Below are positions 50,173-63,540 of a DNA stretch of 63,645 nt, piece after piece (within the stretch, counting starts at the first letter, position 1; each line of letters begins with the position of its first letter). Under the pieces are notes generated by a model. That model ran no database searches, had not been told where the DNA came from, and worked only from the letters and a program-made list of their open reading frames with translations. The DNA is from Rhina ancylostomus (lineage: Eukaryota): assembly GCA_030265395.1 (NCBI GenBank), contig JARFYF010000046.1:10566797-10630441 (forward strand), in the 5' to 3' direction. Both the position numbers and the translations under genes were made by a program.

Positions 50173-52497
50173 CAGTCTGACACATCCTGGTGAGGTGTGA
50201 TCCAGCATTGAGCAAACAAAATCTTCAATGGTGTAAGCTTGTCCCCCTCGGTAAGGATTCCCATTCATTCCGATGGTGCACCTCGTGATAGTGTCAGGGT
50301 GGCTTCAACACCCCTCAAGGTCCATTGAATATCTTTGTAAAGGAGACTAATACTGTCCAATGTGATTGCAACAATTCAGCTGGCTTTGATTTTCTTGACC
50401 CACCATTGACCTTTGACATTGTTGACCACTTCACCCTTCCCCAAAGCCTCAAAGTATCAGACTGCATTGCACCACAGTGGCCTGATTGCATTCTAAACCA
50501 TCCAATTACAGTCAGAGAATTAGCATCAATTCCTTCCTTTCCCAGCCACACTGTGTCACTTTGATGTTTCCAAAGAGCCAGTTCATCATATTTCCTCTCA
50601 TCATATTTGGCCCCTCATCATATTTCCTCATGACATAGAAGGAGGCCATTNNNNNNNNNNNNNNNNNNNNNNNNNNNNNNNNNNNNNNNNNNNNNNNNNN
50701 NNNNNNNNNNNNNNNNNNNNNNNNNNNNNNNNNNNNNNNNNNNNNNNNNNTATTTCCTCATGACATAGAAGGAGGCCATTCAGCCCCTCAAGTCTATGCC
50801 AGCATTCAGAGCATTCCCATCATTCCCGTTCCCCACCCAGTTCCTTGCAACCCACTGTCCCTGACATACCCATCAGCTCCCCCCACCTAAATGAGGAGTA
50901 ATTTATAATAATCAATTAACTACCAACCAGCACGTCACCAGGAGGTACAGAAACATCCTTCAAGTGACCGCTGGGAAGATCGAACCTATTACCATTGTTC
51001 TCTGTCACACACTCCTCTGCATAACTCCAGACTGCCCCCCTCGCCAAGGCAACTCTCTTAGACTCTCTTGACTGTTCACAACTTGGAGTCAACATCTGTC
51101 TTTGAGCTGAGCTTCAGATAGATACATTCTATATCTATCACCAAGCTCCCCATTCCCACCTCCATACCTTCCTCCCTAGATCTGTAATTTCCTCCAGTCC
51201 TCTGACCCCTGAGATAGAAGCAATCCTCCAGTTCCAGCCTCCCCTGAATTTACTTGCTCAGCATTGGTGGCCCTCTGTACAGCGGATGAGAGCCTGAACT
51301 CTGCAATTCCCTTCCTAAACTTCACTCCCTTTTTTGGCCTTAAAATCTACCCCTTTGATCAAACTTTTAGTCACCTCCCCCTATATCTCTTTACATTGCC
51401 ACCAATTTTTGCTTCCTCTGAAGTGAATTGTGCTTTAGGAACAGAAATTGTTGTTGGATTTAGATTTGTGTAGCTGCCATTTGTGCTTTGCCAGTTGTTG
51501 CCTTCCTCCTTCTGATGTTCAGCTTCTATCTGGGGCTGGGCATTCTCCCCAAGGAGCCATTTTGTGTGCAAGAGCCAAGACGAAGGAAATGATTTTCATC
51601 TTCTCTACCTGGATGGTAAATCAGCAAACTTTGTGGATTTCCTGTGGGTTACTTGATTTCAATGGAAATGACAGTAAGCCAATTCCTGTAACAGTCTATT
51701 AGATAACAGAAGACTTATCGACAGCAGCAGACACTCTATTCTAAGCTCTGTCTTTGAAAAGATTACCAGGTGATTATTGAAAAGTTCAAGGATGTTCTCT
51801 AATCCTCCTTGGAGAATGCATCAACCCTACTAACTCCTAGGAATCTCTGGCCCATGACCACTCAAAGTGAGGAATCATCCTTCAGGATGGCATTGAAAAC
51901 CTTGAATCCATGCATCAGAAGGACAGAGAGGCACAAGTCATCCTCGATCCTGAGGGACTGCTTAAGTGAAGATTTGACCACAAGAAACAAGGATTTCTTT
52001 TCTCTGACCTTCATCTATTTCATGCAACAACTACAGATGCTTTGCTTCCAACAGGATGGTCAGGAGGTGAAGCCCATGCTAAATATTCCCAGCACCCTTT
52101 TCCTAACCCAATGCCTCTGCTGTATGATTTGGGACAATCCCCTCCACCAGTAGAGATGACCCATCTGTTGTTCAAAACAGGGACCTCCCTGGCATAGCTA
52201 CTCAGTGGATAAACCCATCACCATCATGATGGTTTCGAGCAGTTCTATGCCATAAAATGCACTCTTGTTGTGTAACATTAAAGCTTATGTTTAGTTTTCA
52301 CTAGTAAGCTGAGTCTGTGTCACATGAAATTGAACGTTTGGAAAGCCCTGCTTAGTCTTAACCTTCATGTTCATCATTGTAAAATTAGGACATCAATGGG
52401 AAAAAATTGTACAAAATGCCTGGTAATAACCAACTTTTGAGGTGGTGCTAGACTGGAGTTGGCAAACAGGAAACTTGTACGAATTAGCACTGCTGAA

Positions 52498-52912
52498 CAA
52501 ATTGGTTTATTATTGTCACTTGTACCGAGGTACAGTGAAAAACTTGTCTTGTATACTGATCATACAGGTCGATTCATTACACAGTGTACTTACATTGAGT
52601 TAGTACAGAGTGCATTGATATAGTACAGGTAAAAACGATAACAATACAGAGTAAAATGTCACAGCTACAGAGAAAGTGCAGTGCAATAAGGTGCAAGGTC
52701 ACAACAGGGTAGATTGTGAGGTCAGAGTCCATTTCATCGTATAAGGCAACCATTCAATCGTCTTATCACAGTGGGGCAGAAGCTGTCCTTAGGCCTGGTG
52801 GTACATGCCCTCAGGCTCCTGTATCTTCTACCTGTTGGGAGAGGGGAGAAGGGAGAATGACCCGGGTGGGTGGGGTCTTTGATTATGCTGGCTGCTTCAC
52901 CAAGGCAGCGAG
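52498..52912 (-). mobile_element. Rex1/Babar-clade LINE 3' end
   Basis: ATTGGTTTATTATTGTCAC tail in reverse; 3' UTR shared with 60450-60670. Confidence 0.8.
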
Positions 52913-53777
52913 AGTTTTAATTTCAACTTAGCATCATTTAAGCAGATATTGAGGTTTGTTGGCCTCGATACAGAGTTGGAGAGGGATGTGGCATGAACAG
53001 CAGGCTACAACAGCTTGCATTTAATGGAGGAAAAGGTCCCAGAGCAGCTCATGGTTGGGTGATCAGGCAAGATTAAAGAGGAACGAGCACTGGGGCAAAA
53101 GTGTGGGCACCTTGCTGTCATTATGAGTGGAAGATCATCGACTGCATGCAGCCGGGAGAGCACGGGAGCCGTTGGATCTGAAAGCAATGGCAACAGGAAG
53201 AAGGGTGACAGTTGCCGTGGGTGAACAGTTGATTGTTATGCTGGAAGAAAATAATGAAAAACCCCACTGGGAATCAAAGAACATACCAAGATAAGTTCAG
53301 CCTGAGACGTAGTTGTGAAGGAGGGTGTGACGGGTGGTTAGTGAATGCAGGGACTTCGAGGGTGCAGTGAATGAAGCCAAAGGGCTGTTCTTTCTGATGT
53401 TGGACTGGAGGGAAAATGGACAGAAAGCTGATCAAAGTGGTCACCAACAGGGCTCAAGGGAGGTGGTGGTAAGAGGGAGATGGGCATCTTCTGTGTTCAT
53501 GTGCTACTGTATTGCCATGCTCTGGAGGTGTGAGGTTTGGAGTGACTTGTTAAGAATATCCATTTAACAGAAACAGATAAAAGTAGTTGAGCGCAGCACA
53601 CCTGCCAGTCCTCAAGTGGAGAATGCAACTCTTGCTCGCCGTGTTTTAACAGATTAATAGGAAGGTGCTGTCACCTAGTGGATTGAAGTAGGATTGTGGT
53701 TGAGTTTGGGCAAAAAAAAATGACCTCAAGAGACTGCAGGAAAATATTATACATACTACTCTCCTTGACACCTTTAC

Positions 53778-53840
53778 CTCTGAGAATAAAGGCTTAGACA
53801 AAAAAAACCAAGACTGAAAACTAAGGTTAACTGATATAAC
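53778..53840 (-). other. Candidate 63-nt symmetric exon
   Basis: ATTCTCTACAG|G acceptor and GAG|GTAAAG donor; open in phase 0 and phase 2. Confidence 0.3.
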
Positions 53841-55727
53841 CTGTAGAGAATAAATTACAACATTTATTTGTTTCTGGTTCTGTATCCATGGAAACTTCAA
53901 TATTTAAGCTTTCATAATATCCACTTTCATGTGTTGCGATTTGCACTCGACAGAGGTTCTAAAGGCACTGCCAGATAAATTTGGGAAGTCCTTGGACAAT
54001 CAAAGTCAAAGAGAAGTCCAGAAGATTGAGCAGGAAGGCCTGGTGTAGTGATGCCCTCTTTGGATGCTGGAATTCAAATTTTAGCTCCCATTGTGTTCTC
54101 CTTCCCCCCCTCATCCATAAAGCTCACAGATTAAATGGGAAACGTTTCCCTCTTCCGACCCTGGACCACTGATGATTATCTGGTCTGAAGATCCTGCTGC
54201 TTCTCCTAAGTTCTGCTATACAAAAACCTGTTTTAAAGAAATATTGTCAAAAGTGATTTTGACTGTGTACACAAGGAGATTGGAATTTTTTCAAAGCAAC
54301 AAGAATTGGCACAGAAGTTGATCAAAACAGGACCATAAATCTGTAATTATCATTGAGACGATCACTGAGAATCACTCTGGTGAAACCAGTGATGTGGAGA
54401 GCAATCTGTGTCAGGCAACAACTACACTGGATCTCTTCACAAAATGGATTTCCCCCTAAAATATTTTGCAAGTCTTTGGGAGAGGGGAAGGTAGTCCACT
54501 CTGAAGCCTCGCTGTCACACCATCAGGAAAAAACAATAGTGCAAGACTTGAAAGACAACTGGAGTTATATAGCACCTGTAATGTCATCTTAATATGCCCT
54601 ACAGCCAATGAAGTACTTTTAAATGTGGGCATTTTTGTAATGTTAAAGATTGCGTATTTTCCAGAGATGGAAGCTTATTTACCTTTCACGCAAGAAAATA
54701 TACAATCTGGCTGCAAGTAAGTTTTTCATTGCTCCTGCGCTCACATGTACTTTTGCCAAATGACAATAAACTCGACTTTGACTTTGACTTTTATATATGA
54801 ATGAGCTGCCATAATATTATTAAATTCACATGTCCAATGTACCCATATACATCGTTCTTAAAAATGGCAGAACTAGTTTCCTCTCTCTCTCCACTTTTAG
54901 TAATTGTTCTTAATTGTCAGTGTTATGTGCTTTTGATGCTATTCATTACAATACTGTAGAAGTATAATTACTATATTGGCTGAGTTTTGTATATTTTCTG
55001 ATTTACCAACAAAATTGACTTATGGATATATGTAAAAACAGAACCGGTTTGTTACCTAGGGACTGCCTGCAGTTATTTGTTTAACACTTCCTCAATTCCA
55101 TCTCAATAACAGGAGAATCTAACAAACCTAGTATCAGCTATAAAGGTCATAAAAAGGCAGGTTGCAAAAAATTGTTCTTTGAGGTCCTTACGGGACATCA
55201 GAACCTGCCACATTCACTGAGGAGGCAAAGAAAGTGAAGTTAAAATATGAAGGGAGTCATTCTCAGAAACGTGAGATGTCATCCCATAATGAAAGCAACA
55301 TAGCAGCAATTTAGTACAGAGCAACCAAACGACATGACCTCACCAGGCCTGGCAAGATGAAGGTAGCAGCATCTTTGGTGAATGAAAGGAGCTTTGTATA
55401 TTCCTAATTTTCAGTTACTTCTCTGCCTTGTTCTTGAGCTGTGCACCATTGTTATACATGTGCCATTGTGGGTTCCTAATGTACAGTGAAGGAACATGCA
55501 GAGTTCACAGAGCAATAAACAGGGATGTCTGCTTTATTGAAGGTTCTTCTCAGTCTCAGTCCGGATAACAGAATATACATGATCTATTACATCATGCAGT
55601 GATACCACACATTTACTGCACGGTTTTCCCCCTTTAAGTGAAGAGGAAGAGTGAAACTAGTCAATAACATCTACAGTTTTTGACATATAACACTGTCAAA
55701 ATCTCTTCATAAATCAACTGGCTTTAC

Positions 55728-55998
55728 TTTGTTGATCCCGGAGACTCAGCAGATGTTGTGGATGCAGCACTTATTTCTGCTCTCACTGAAGTTATCACTT
55801 CTTGACTCTCTTCAAANNNNNNNNNNNNNNNNNNNNNNNNNNNNNNNNNNNNNNNNNNNNNNNNNNNNNNNNNNNNNNNNNNNNNNNNNNNNNNNNNNNN
55901 NNNNNNNNNNNNNNNNGAAGTTATCAATTCTTGACTCTCTTCAAACACATTTTATGTCAACTCTTTTTATTTGTTCTCATTTCAAGAATATATTCAAT
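55728..55998 (-). pseudogene. Candidate decayed exon containing a probably false 100-N gap
   Basis: TTTTCAG| acceptor and AA|GTAAAG donor; IEYILEM.. then a shift to VFEESQELITSVRAEISAASTTSAESPGST. Confidence 0.35.
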
Positions 55999-56096
55999 CT
56001 GAAAATCTTGCTTACTATTCTGTTCTACATCCCACCCACAGAGGAAGTGGACCACATGAATCATTCTGAATCCTTTGACTAGAAATAATTAAATTA

Positions 56097-56099
<3 letters not shown>

Positions 56100-56145
<46 letters not shown>

Positions 56146-56146
56146 G
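56100..56146. repeat. (TA)n microsatellite
   Basis: Direct reading. Confidence 0.95.
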
Positions 56147-56159
56147 TACAATCTCTCTG

Positions 56160-56475
56160 ATACCCCATTTTCTCACATCTAACTTTCTTGGCAGTGTCTA
56201 AGCCCCTCATGATTTTATACACCTCTATAAGGTCACTCCTCAGTTTTTATGTTCCAAGGGATAACATCATAACCTGCCCACTCTCTCCCTATAACTCAGG
56301 CCCTCGAGTCCTGGCAACATTCCCATAAGGCTGCATTGCATTCTTTCCAGCTTAATGACATCTTTCCTATAACAGGGTAACCAAAGCTGTACTCACCAAT
56401 ACTTCATGTGCGACCTCACCAACTTCTTGTGCAACTGCAACGTAACATCCCAACTCCTATACCCGATGCCCTGAT
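56160..56475 (-). mobile_element. CR1 fragment
   Basis: ATTTTATACACCTCTATAAGGTCAC..ATAACTCAGGCCCTCGAGTCCTGGCAACAT, CR1 ORF2 C-terminus in reverse. Confidence 0.75.
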
Positions 56476-56559
56476 ATGTTCAGTGCATCAGCTTTTCTGC
56501 AGTCATGAATCCTGTGCTTGAGAGATAATGATGAGGAGAAACCCTGAGTCAAAGCTTCA

Positions 56560-58590
56560 TGATCCTGAATGGTGAACTACAAGATCTTTGGTGCCCCTTT
56601 CACTGTATGCTCTCATCTCTCAGCTTTTCTATTTGAAGCTGGGCGATAAGGAGATGTGAAGCAATGTTTGATCCCATTTGGTTTCATGCGCTGTTCAAAC
56701 TGGAATAGTCAAAATTGTGGACCATTGTCCAATTAAGCTTCCTCAGTAAGACCATTTGTTATGAGAATAGATCTGAGTCCTTCTACAGTACACTTAATGA
56801 TGGTGTGTGACCCATGTGTTTCACCTCAATCCATTTTGAATGGCTGCCCAACAGCATAGGGAGTTGTCTACACCATTCGCAGTGTGGAGTGGTTCTAGCA
56901 GTGACTCTGGCCTGTAGTCTGGCTAGCTCTTCCAGATCCTTGTCTATTTCAGGGCAATAGATAAACCTATGAGTGGCTGCTTTCAGTTAACAGGGCTTTG
57001 ATGCTCTGAGTGAAATTTCCCCATTATTCATCTCTGCATTTCTTTGAGTATAAGTACTCCGTGACCCTCCTTTGATACTGCTCTGATTTGTGTTCAGCTA
57101 CTAGCATCTGTGATGGAAATGTTTTATATTCTCAACTAAACAAGTGTATGAATCAATAAAAGCATCTCATAAAATTGCTTTAATACTGGACCTTTCTGCA
57201 TCAATTTCATTATTTCCACCATTGTTACAGGAACACCATTCTCTACTGCCTGTAGGGTGAATATTCCATTTCTTATGCCTGTATCAACATCTTCACATGG
57301 AAATCTTAACAGTACATCTGCTGTGACATTCTGTATAATCATAGTGGAACAGGTGGTTGCATTCTTGTGGGACTTGTAGACCTGAGTCCAAAACTGGCAA
57401 ACAAGGGTTTGCAGTCAATAATCAACACGAATGCCTAACATAAGCTGACAGAGTGCATTAGGAGAGACTTGTGGCTGAAACTTCTTTTACAGTGACTGTT
57501 GTCCTTCAGTCTTTCCCTTCTCCACTCCCATGCTTCATCCATCTTCAGCAGTTGATGCAGTGGTGACAATGTCATCGCAAGGACTTGCAGAAACATGGTA
57601 TGATATTGGACCACACCCTGGAAAGGTGAAAATTTTGGGACATTCTCACTTTTTCTAGCTTTATCTGTTTGTAGACATTGGTGCCCAATCTCAGGTCCAT
57701 TTCTTCCTGCACAAAGGCACGTCTCCTCTCTTGCTGCTAAAAATATTCATGAAGCCTCCTGAATACATCTTCAAATATTCAGAGACTTTCCAGCTATGAT
57801 CAAGATGTCATCTTGATTACAGAGAGGTGATGTTGACCTCCCTATACCATCCTGGTGGTCTGAAATATTTTGAGTGATGACTTCATGCAATAATGGAGTT
57901 TGCAGAATTATTTCCATTTCATTGGAAATAGTTCTTCATGAAGTCTTGCTTTTGCTCAATCTCTCTTGTGTGTCTTGGGCCTAACATTGGAGCTCCTCTC
58001 TTACTTACTGTCATTTGTCCATAAACAGCATTGACAGTGATAACCAAAATTCCTTAGCATTTTTGGAAGCCACCTCAATTGGTGCAGTGATTTTACCTGC
58101 TTCCTGAAATGTTATATCTTATGCAATTAATTACGTAGATTGTTTCTGGACATCTGTTATAATGCATACAAACTTGTCCTGCAGCATTTGGTCGGTAAGG
58201 TGTCAAGATTACAAATTTTTTTGGCGTCACTATATAGTCACTACTGGCCTCATTGGACCTTCAGTGTTCTGTTCTGAATTGGTAGATTTTGGTGATCTCA
58301 AAAGGTGCTGGATTAATGTGATTCTGCAACCTCTGTAGCACTTACTCGAATGAAGCATCTTTTACAGAGTGGCTCCAGGCCGTCTGCTTGAGTGGTTCCA
58401 TGTTCGAGCCTGTCTCTATAAGTAAGGTTGTCTCTTTGTATGGCTTTGATTTCAGCAGACACACCTTTGCCCTCAACTCTAACATTGTTTGCTCTGAAGA
58501 ACATCTCCATTCAATCTGCATAATAGCTGAAAGGCTCATATTCTTTGCTATTAACACAGAAATTCCTGAGATGGATGAGCAGCCATCTTG
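56560..58590 (-). mobile_element. Decayed Ty3/Gypsy LTR retrotransposon internal region (gag-RT-RNaseH-integrase)
   Basis: Gag RMEMFFRANNV and QMLQDKFVC..ITFQEA; RT QDDILI and LSPLHQLLK..WEW; TADVLLRFP..PVT..EI; integrase HSKWIEV, DNGPQF and NGIKH..SPYRPASN..AER. Confidence 0.85.
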
Positions 58591-59682
58591 GACCCTTCCC
58601 GCTTTAACAGTTACAACATTTATTTTTGAGGAAAAACATGCATTAACCATAATATTTCCAGTGTTCCAGTATGGACACAACTGTGACTAGTCATAAGCCT
58701 TCAGAGTCATCTTACCACCCTGAGCATACGGTTGCTCAATGTATTTGACAAATTTGTCGCATTGGAAAGCTGCAGTTCTATCTCATCCTTATTGCCAGTT
58801 CAATGTAGTTACCCCTCTGGGTTCCTAGTCTATTGCAAAATAACGTGCAGTGTGTGTGGAATAAAACATGGGAAATATGAAGAGTTCTAAAATTGTGTGT
58901 CTGGTTTATCCAAGAATCATCTGAGATTGTGCACGAGTGCACAATACACACAAGATCAAATCCGTTCATTCTGTGTCACATTAACTTCCATATAATGTAG
59001 CCTTGTGTGCCGGTGAAGTAGCATTGCAGACTCTGCATGGCCAGCATTAGCCACAAACACTGTTTCATTTCCATCCTTAGGTAGTTTCAATCCTCCAAAA
59101 GCCTCATAAATCCCAGGATTAATTGGTTCACAAACTGTCATTACCTTTATTTTAGTCTGCCTCGTCTCACGGATCTGAGTGCATTGCATAGCAACCAGGG
59201 ACCAATTTTGCACCATATTTAAAGGAAAAGGCAGCGCCTGGGAAAGATTGGCGGCAGTCGGTAGAATCCTCAGGGTAGGGGTGGGGGTGCTGCACAGGAG
59301 TCCACAGAGGGAGCCACTGGATGCAAAGAGCTAGGGCAAGTGTCAGCTGCAGAGCCATCACAACCTCAGCTGTATGTGCACAGAGGACAGTTCTGACACA
59401 TTCCAGCAAGAGATCAACTGGAGGTGTTTACTGTTTGACTTTACATTGGCTCAATGGGCTGTTTGGAGCAAGAGGAAATAATATCATACAGCTTTCTTAG
59501 AGCGGCAATAGGCATAGGCATAAACTAGAGACCCTCTGGAAGCCCAGGACCCCACAGGCAGACGTTTTCCATTTGCTGCGGTCAACTGCTGTCAGTGAGG
59601 AAGCAGGTGGGATGACTGCCCGGCTCCACTTCAGAGGAAGGCTGCGCAAAATGTCTATCCTTTCTTTTTTCTTCATACTCAC

Positions 59683-60028
59683 TGTGCGGCTTTGAAGTGT
59701 GATGGATGCAGTCAAAGTTGTAAGCACAGACTCCAGGAAGGACGAAGCCATGTCTAATTGCTGTTCCAATGAAGTGTGCACCCTGCTGCTGATAGGTTGA
59801 TTCAGCTGGTTTTCAGAATAGAACTGATTTTTTTTACTGTAAAATTCCACAGGGAACAAGGGAGGTATCCTGGCAGATTAGACGTTGGAAAATTACTGAG
59901 ATTCCATCCTGTTGTTTCCATTCTTCTGCTTAATGTGGGCTTGGGGGTTGGCATCAGGCAGATTTTCTATCCCCACTTTTGCTGAAGGGGCTCCCACTTT
60001 CTTTCTAGTTCAGTAACATATAGAACAT
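59683..60028 (-). pseudogene. Candidate decayed exon
   Basis: TTTTCTCTGCTCTCAG| acceptor and ACA|GTGAGT donor; 3' part open (FPVEFYSKK...LDMASSFLESVLTTLTASITLQSRT), 5' part has stops. Confidence 0.4.
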
Positions 60029-60054
60029 CTGAGAGCAGAGAAAATGTTTCAGGT

Positions 60055-60180
60055 GGAGACACAAGAGACTGCAGATGCTGGAATCTGGACCAACAAACAA
60101 TCTGCTGGGAGTTACCTAACAGGTCGAGCAGCACTTGCGGGTGGGAGAAAGGAATTGTCGACGTTTCGGGTCAGAACCCT
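60055..60180 (-). mobile_element. Penelope tail truncated within the hammerhead
   Basis: Minus strand AGGGTTCTGACCC-GAAA-CGTC-GAC then the tail; lacks the CTGANGA half. Confidence 0.8.
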
Positions 60181-60449
60181 GAAACCTCAGCTCTTCACCT
60201 GGGGAAGATAATCAATCCCTAAGAAGGTCGATGACCTCACAAATCTGGCTGCTGGTGACACTCACGGCAGGAATGTCAAAGGAGTCTCATCTGTTTGTTA
60301 GAGCAGAATCCCACCACTTCAGTATTCCCCCATAGTTCAAGTAGACACAGAAGGTAAGTCCTTCTAAAGACACTTCCCAAGGCTGGGCACCTCTGGAAAG
60401 TAAAGTCCTCTCGCAGTGAGTCGGATTGGATAGTCTAAAGAGCTAACAA

Positions 60450-60670
60450 TCTACCTTGTTGTGACCTTGCACCTTATTGCACTGCACTTTCTCTGTAGCT
60501 GTGACACTTTACTCTGTATTGTTATTGTTTTTACCTGTACTACCTCAATGCACTCTGTACTGACTCAGTGTAACTGCACTGTTTAATGAATTGACCTGTA
60601 CGATTGGTATACAAGACAAGTTTTTCACTGTACCTTGGTACAAGTGACAATAATAAACCAATACCAATAA
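60450..60670 (+). mobile_element. Rex1/Babar-like 3' UTR
   Basis: Ends GTGACAATAATAAACCAATACCAATA. Confidence 0.8.
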
Positions 60671-61429
60671 CTGGTACTATATTTCACAGCGTACCACAAG
60701 CAGCATTAACCATTGACAAAGATTAGTAATAATAATATTCATAAGGAAAATGAGGCCTTTTGTATCAGTGTAATTTGATAGAAATTTGGACTGTACGTTG
60801 GCAAAAACCAAGACTAAACTTTCTTCCTCCAGGAGCTAGATATGTAAAACTCTTTGGCCTAGAAACTCTCTTGTACAGTGAGATGTTTTTGTGTGTACAT
60901 GAGTGAACTTTATCACTTGTTGGGTACTTTGTACATGAGCAACAGCCTTCCAAAAGTTTGTTCCATGCACTCTTCTCCCACAGAGCTCACTGCCCATGCA
61001 CCGTGGAGTACAACACTTATTTGATGCATGTGAAATTCTAACATGCAGACTAAGCTTGCAACCGCTGTAAGTCTCAATCATTGAAATAGCCCTTAACAGG
61101 AGAGTTCCTGCATTAGAGATAGAGCTCCAAAGTGCTGAAGGTCCCAGGTGTCCTTTTTCTAGGTAGATTACTTCTAGTAATGTTTGGTGAACAGTCCCAA
61201 TAACCCCCCAAACCTCCAGCACCAGCTCCCCATCACCCTTCTTCTGCAATCTCCATTCTCTGCAGAGATGGGGGACCATGGATATAAAGGCTGTGAACGT
61301 TACATGCAAGGCTCACTGTACCACGTGCAGATTCTTGGGCTTCTTGCCCAGTGGATTATCAGAGCCTTGGAGTGATGCACTATAGTGTCAGTGCCTCTTC
61401 AAAGTGTGTCTATGCATCCAAGATCTCCT

Positions 61430-61765
61430 GGGCAGCACAGTGGCACAGATAAAAGAGCTACTGTCTCACAGCACCAGAGACCTGGGTTCAATCCTGACCT
61501 CCAATGCTGTCTGCACGGAGTTTGTATGTTCTCATTGCAACCACGTGGGTTTCCTTCTAGTTGCCCGAGTTTTCTCCCACGTCCCAGGAAGGTTAATTGG
61601 GCACTGCGCATTGCCCCTAGTATGTAGGTGAGTGGTAAAATCCGCAGAGAGCTAATGGGAATGTGGAGAGAATAAAAAGGATGGGACTAGAGGAAAATGG
61701 ATGCTTGATGGTTGGTGCAGACTCGGTGGGCTGAAGGGCCTGTTTGTGTACTGCATGACTCTATG
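61430..61765 (+). mobile_element. V-SINE/HE1-like SINE
   Basis: GACCTGGGTTCAATCCTGACC head and a CR1-type tail. Confidence 0.85.
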
Positions 61766-62873
61766 GTCCTTAACCTCACTCAGTCTTCCTTTGTTCTTAC
61801 AGTCTACACACTGTTAAAACTTAGATTGTTTTTCCCCGTGACTAGATATCTAATCCCCTAAGCACAAACATTGTATTAGAGAAAATTCATTAACAGCTGG
61901 CTCCTATGGGTAAATAACAGATAACAAACAATGTTGGGCTTGTTTCACAAGGTTTGCACACACCTCCTGGCGAAGACCCCCCCCCCCCAACGTGAGGAAA
62001 TTGGGCTGGCTGCTTCTTGTTGTGATTCACCTTAGTGCTGACGCTGTGTAATATTCTGTGCAACTACTGACGTTATCAATGTGCTCCGCATGGTTTATTT
62101 ACCTAGTGGCAGGAAATGGATCAAAAGGTTGTGATTTATAACCCGTCTAATCAGCACACAATTCACCAAGCAGCACCTCATGCTGAAAATACTGTAATGA
62201 AAGCTGCATGATTTAAAGTGTCCCCTCAGGTTATTACTGAATATCACTCCCTAAGGTGTTTGTCTCTATAAAATTTGGTTGACAGCNNNNNNNNNNNNNN
62301 NNNNNNNNNNNNNNNNNNNNNNNNNNNNNNNNNNNNNNNNNNNNNNNNNNNNNNNNNNNNNNNNNNNNNNNNNNNNNNNNNNNNNNNNNNNNNNNNNNNN
62401 NNNNNNNNNNNNNNNNNNNNNNNNNNNNNNNNNNNCCCCCCCCCACCCCCGTTGAAACTTATCTCTATGGCAACCTGACTTTGTGATGAAGAGGGTGTTG
62501 ACCCCCTTTCCCATAAGTGAGTGTTGCTTCTAGCAAGCGACATTGTTCACTGTTCCTTAAAGAGAGTAAATCATGACAAGAGCACTATTTAGGTTGACTT
62601 CTGCTTTGGTGTTAGGGCTACCCTACCACACACCTACTACACCAAATGTGGTGAAGTCCACTTTCTCGGGTCTCAGTCTTCTAACCTTGCACAGTTTTGC
62701 TGTGACCATGTGAACCTCCTCCAGATGCCCCATTTTTATCCCACATCCCAAGAAGGTTAATTTGGTGATATTCTCGTTCAGGAATCTGGTCCCTTAATTA
62801 GCATTCCTATTTTATTTTAAGTTATAAAAAGAGTAGAAATTAATTTGTGATTCTGCCATTACCAAAGGTGGTA

Positions 62874-63008
62874 AGTCCAGATGAAGGGTCTTCACTTGAA
62901 ACGTTGACTGATAATTTCCCTCCATCGATGCTGCCTGACCTGCTGAGCTCCCCCAATGTTTTGTGTGTTGCTCCAGATTCCAGCATCTGCAGGATCTTGT
63001 GTGTCTCC
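62874..63008 (+). mobile_element. Penelope tail with hammerhead-like head
   Basis: AGTC-CAGATGA-AGGGTCTTCACTT-GAAA-CGTT-GACT then GATGCTGCCTGACCTGCTGAG...CCAGATTCCAGCATCTGCAG. Confidence 0.85.
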
Positions 63009-63204
63009 GTGGTGATAAATCTACCTGTTTAGTCAGTGTGTGTACCTTTTCTTTCTGGTTAGAAAGAAAATCTTCATTACAGAAGATATTAAATAAATGC
63101 CAATGCTAAGTTTTCCCATGTGATGTTGTTTTAATGTTTGAACTTAGAAACTCTAAACCTTAAACATACCATTGATCCAAGTACCAGAGCTTATGGGTGG
63201 CAGG

Positions 63205-63540
63205 GAAGTGCAGCAGGTGGTGCTGCTGCCTCACAGCTCCAGTAATGTAGGTTTGATCCTGACATAGGTGGTGTCTGTGTGGAGTTTGCATGTTCTTTCA
63301 GTGACTGTGTGGGTTTCTGCCAGATCCTCTGGTTTCCTCCCACATCCCAAACATGAGTTAGTAGGTTAAATGGCTCCTGTAAATTACCCCCTCACCCACC
63401 CCTCATGTACAAAGTTGGCAAAAAATCCAAAGCAGAGTTGATGGCAAGTGAGAGAGAGTAAGTTGTAGGACTACAGAGGCGAGTGGGATCGCTCTGCTGG
63501 GAGCAGGCATGGATCTGATGGACTGAATGTCCCCCTGTTC
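63205..63540 (+). mobile_element. V-SINE/HE1-like SINE
   Basis: GCTGCTGCCTCACAGCTCC head and TGTGTGGAGTTTGCATGTTCT core. Confidence 0.8.

Noticed and set aside
49829-50200. Three overlapping S/P/H-rich ORFs; superficially array-like repeat
   Set aside because: Pyrimidine minisatellite with no unique spacers; not CRISPR and not coding
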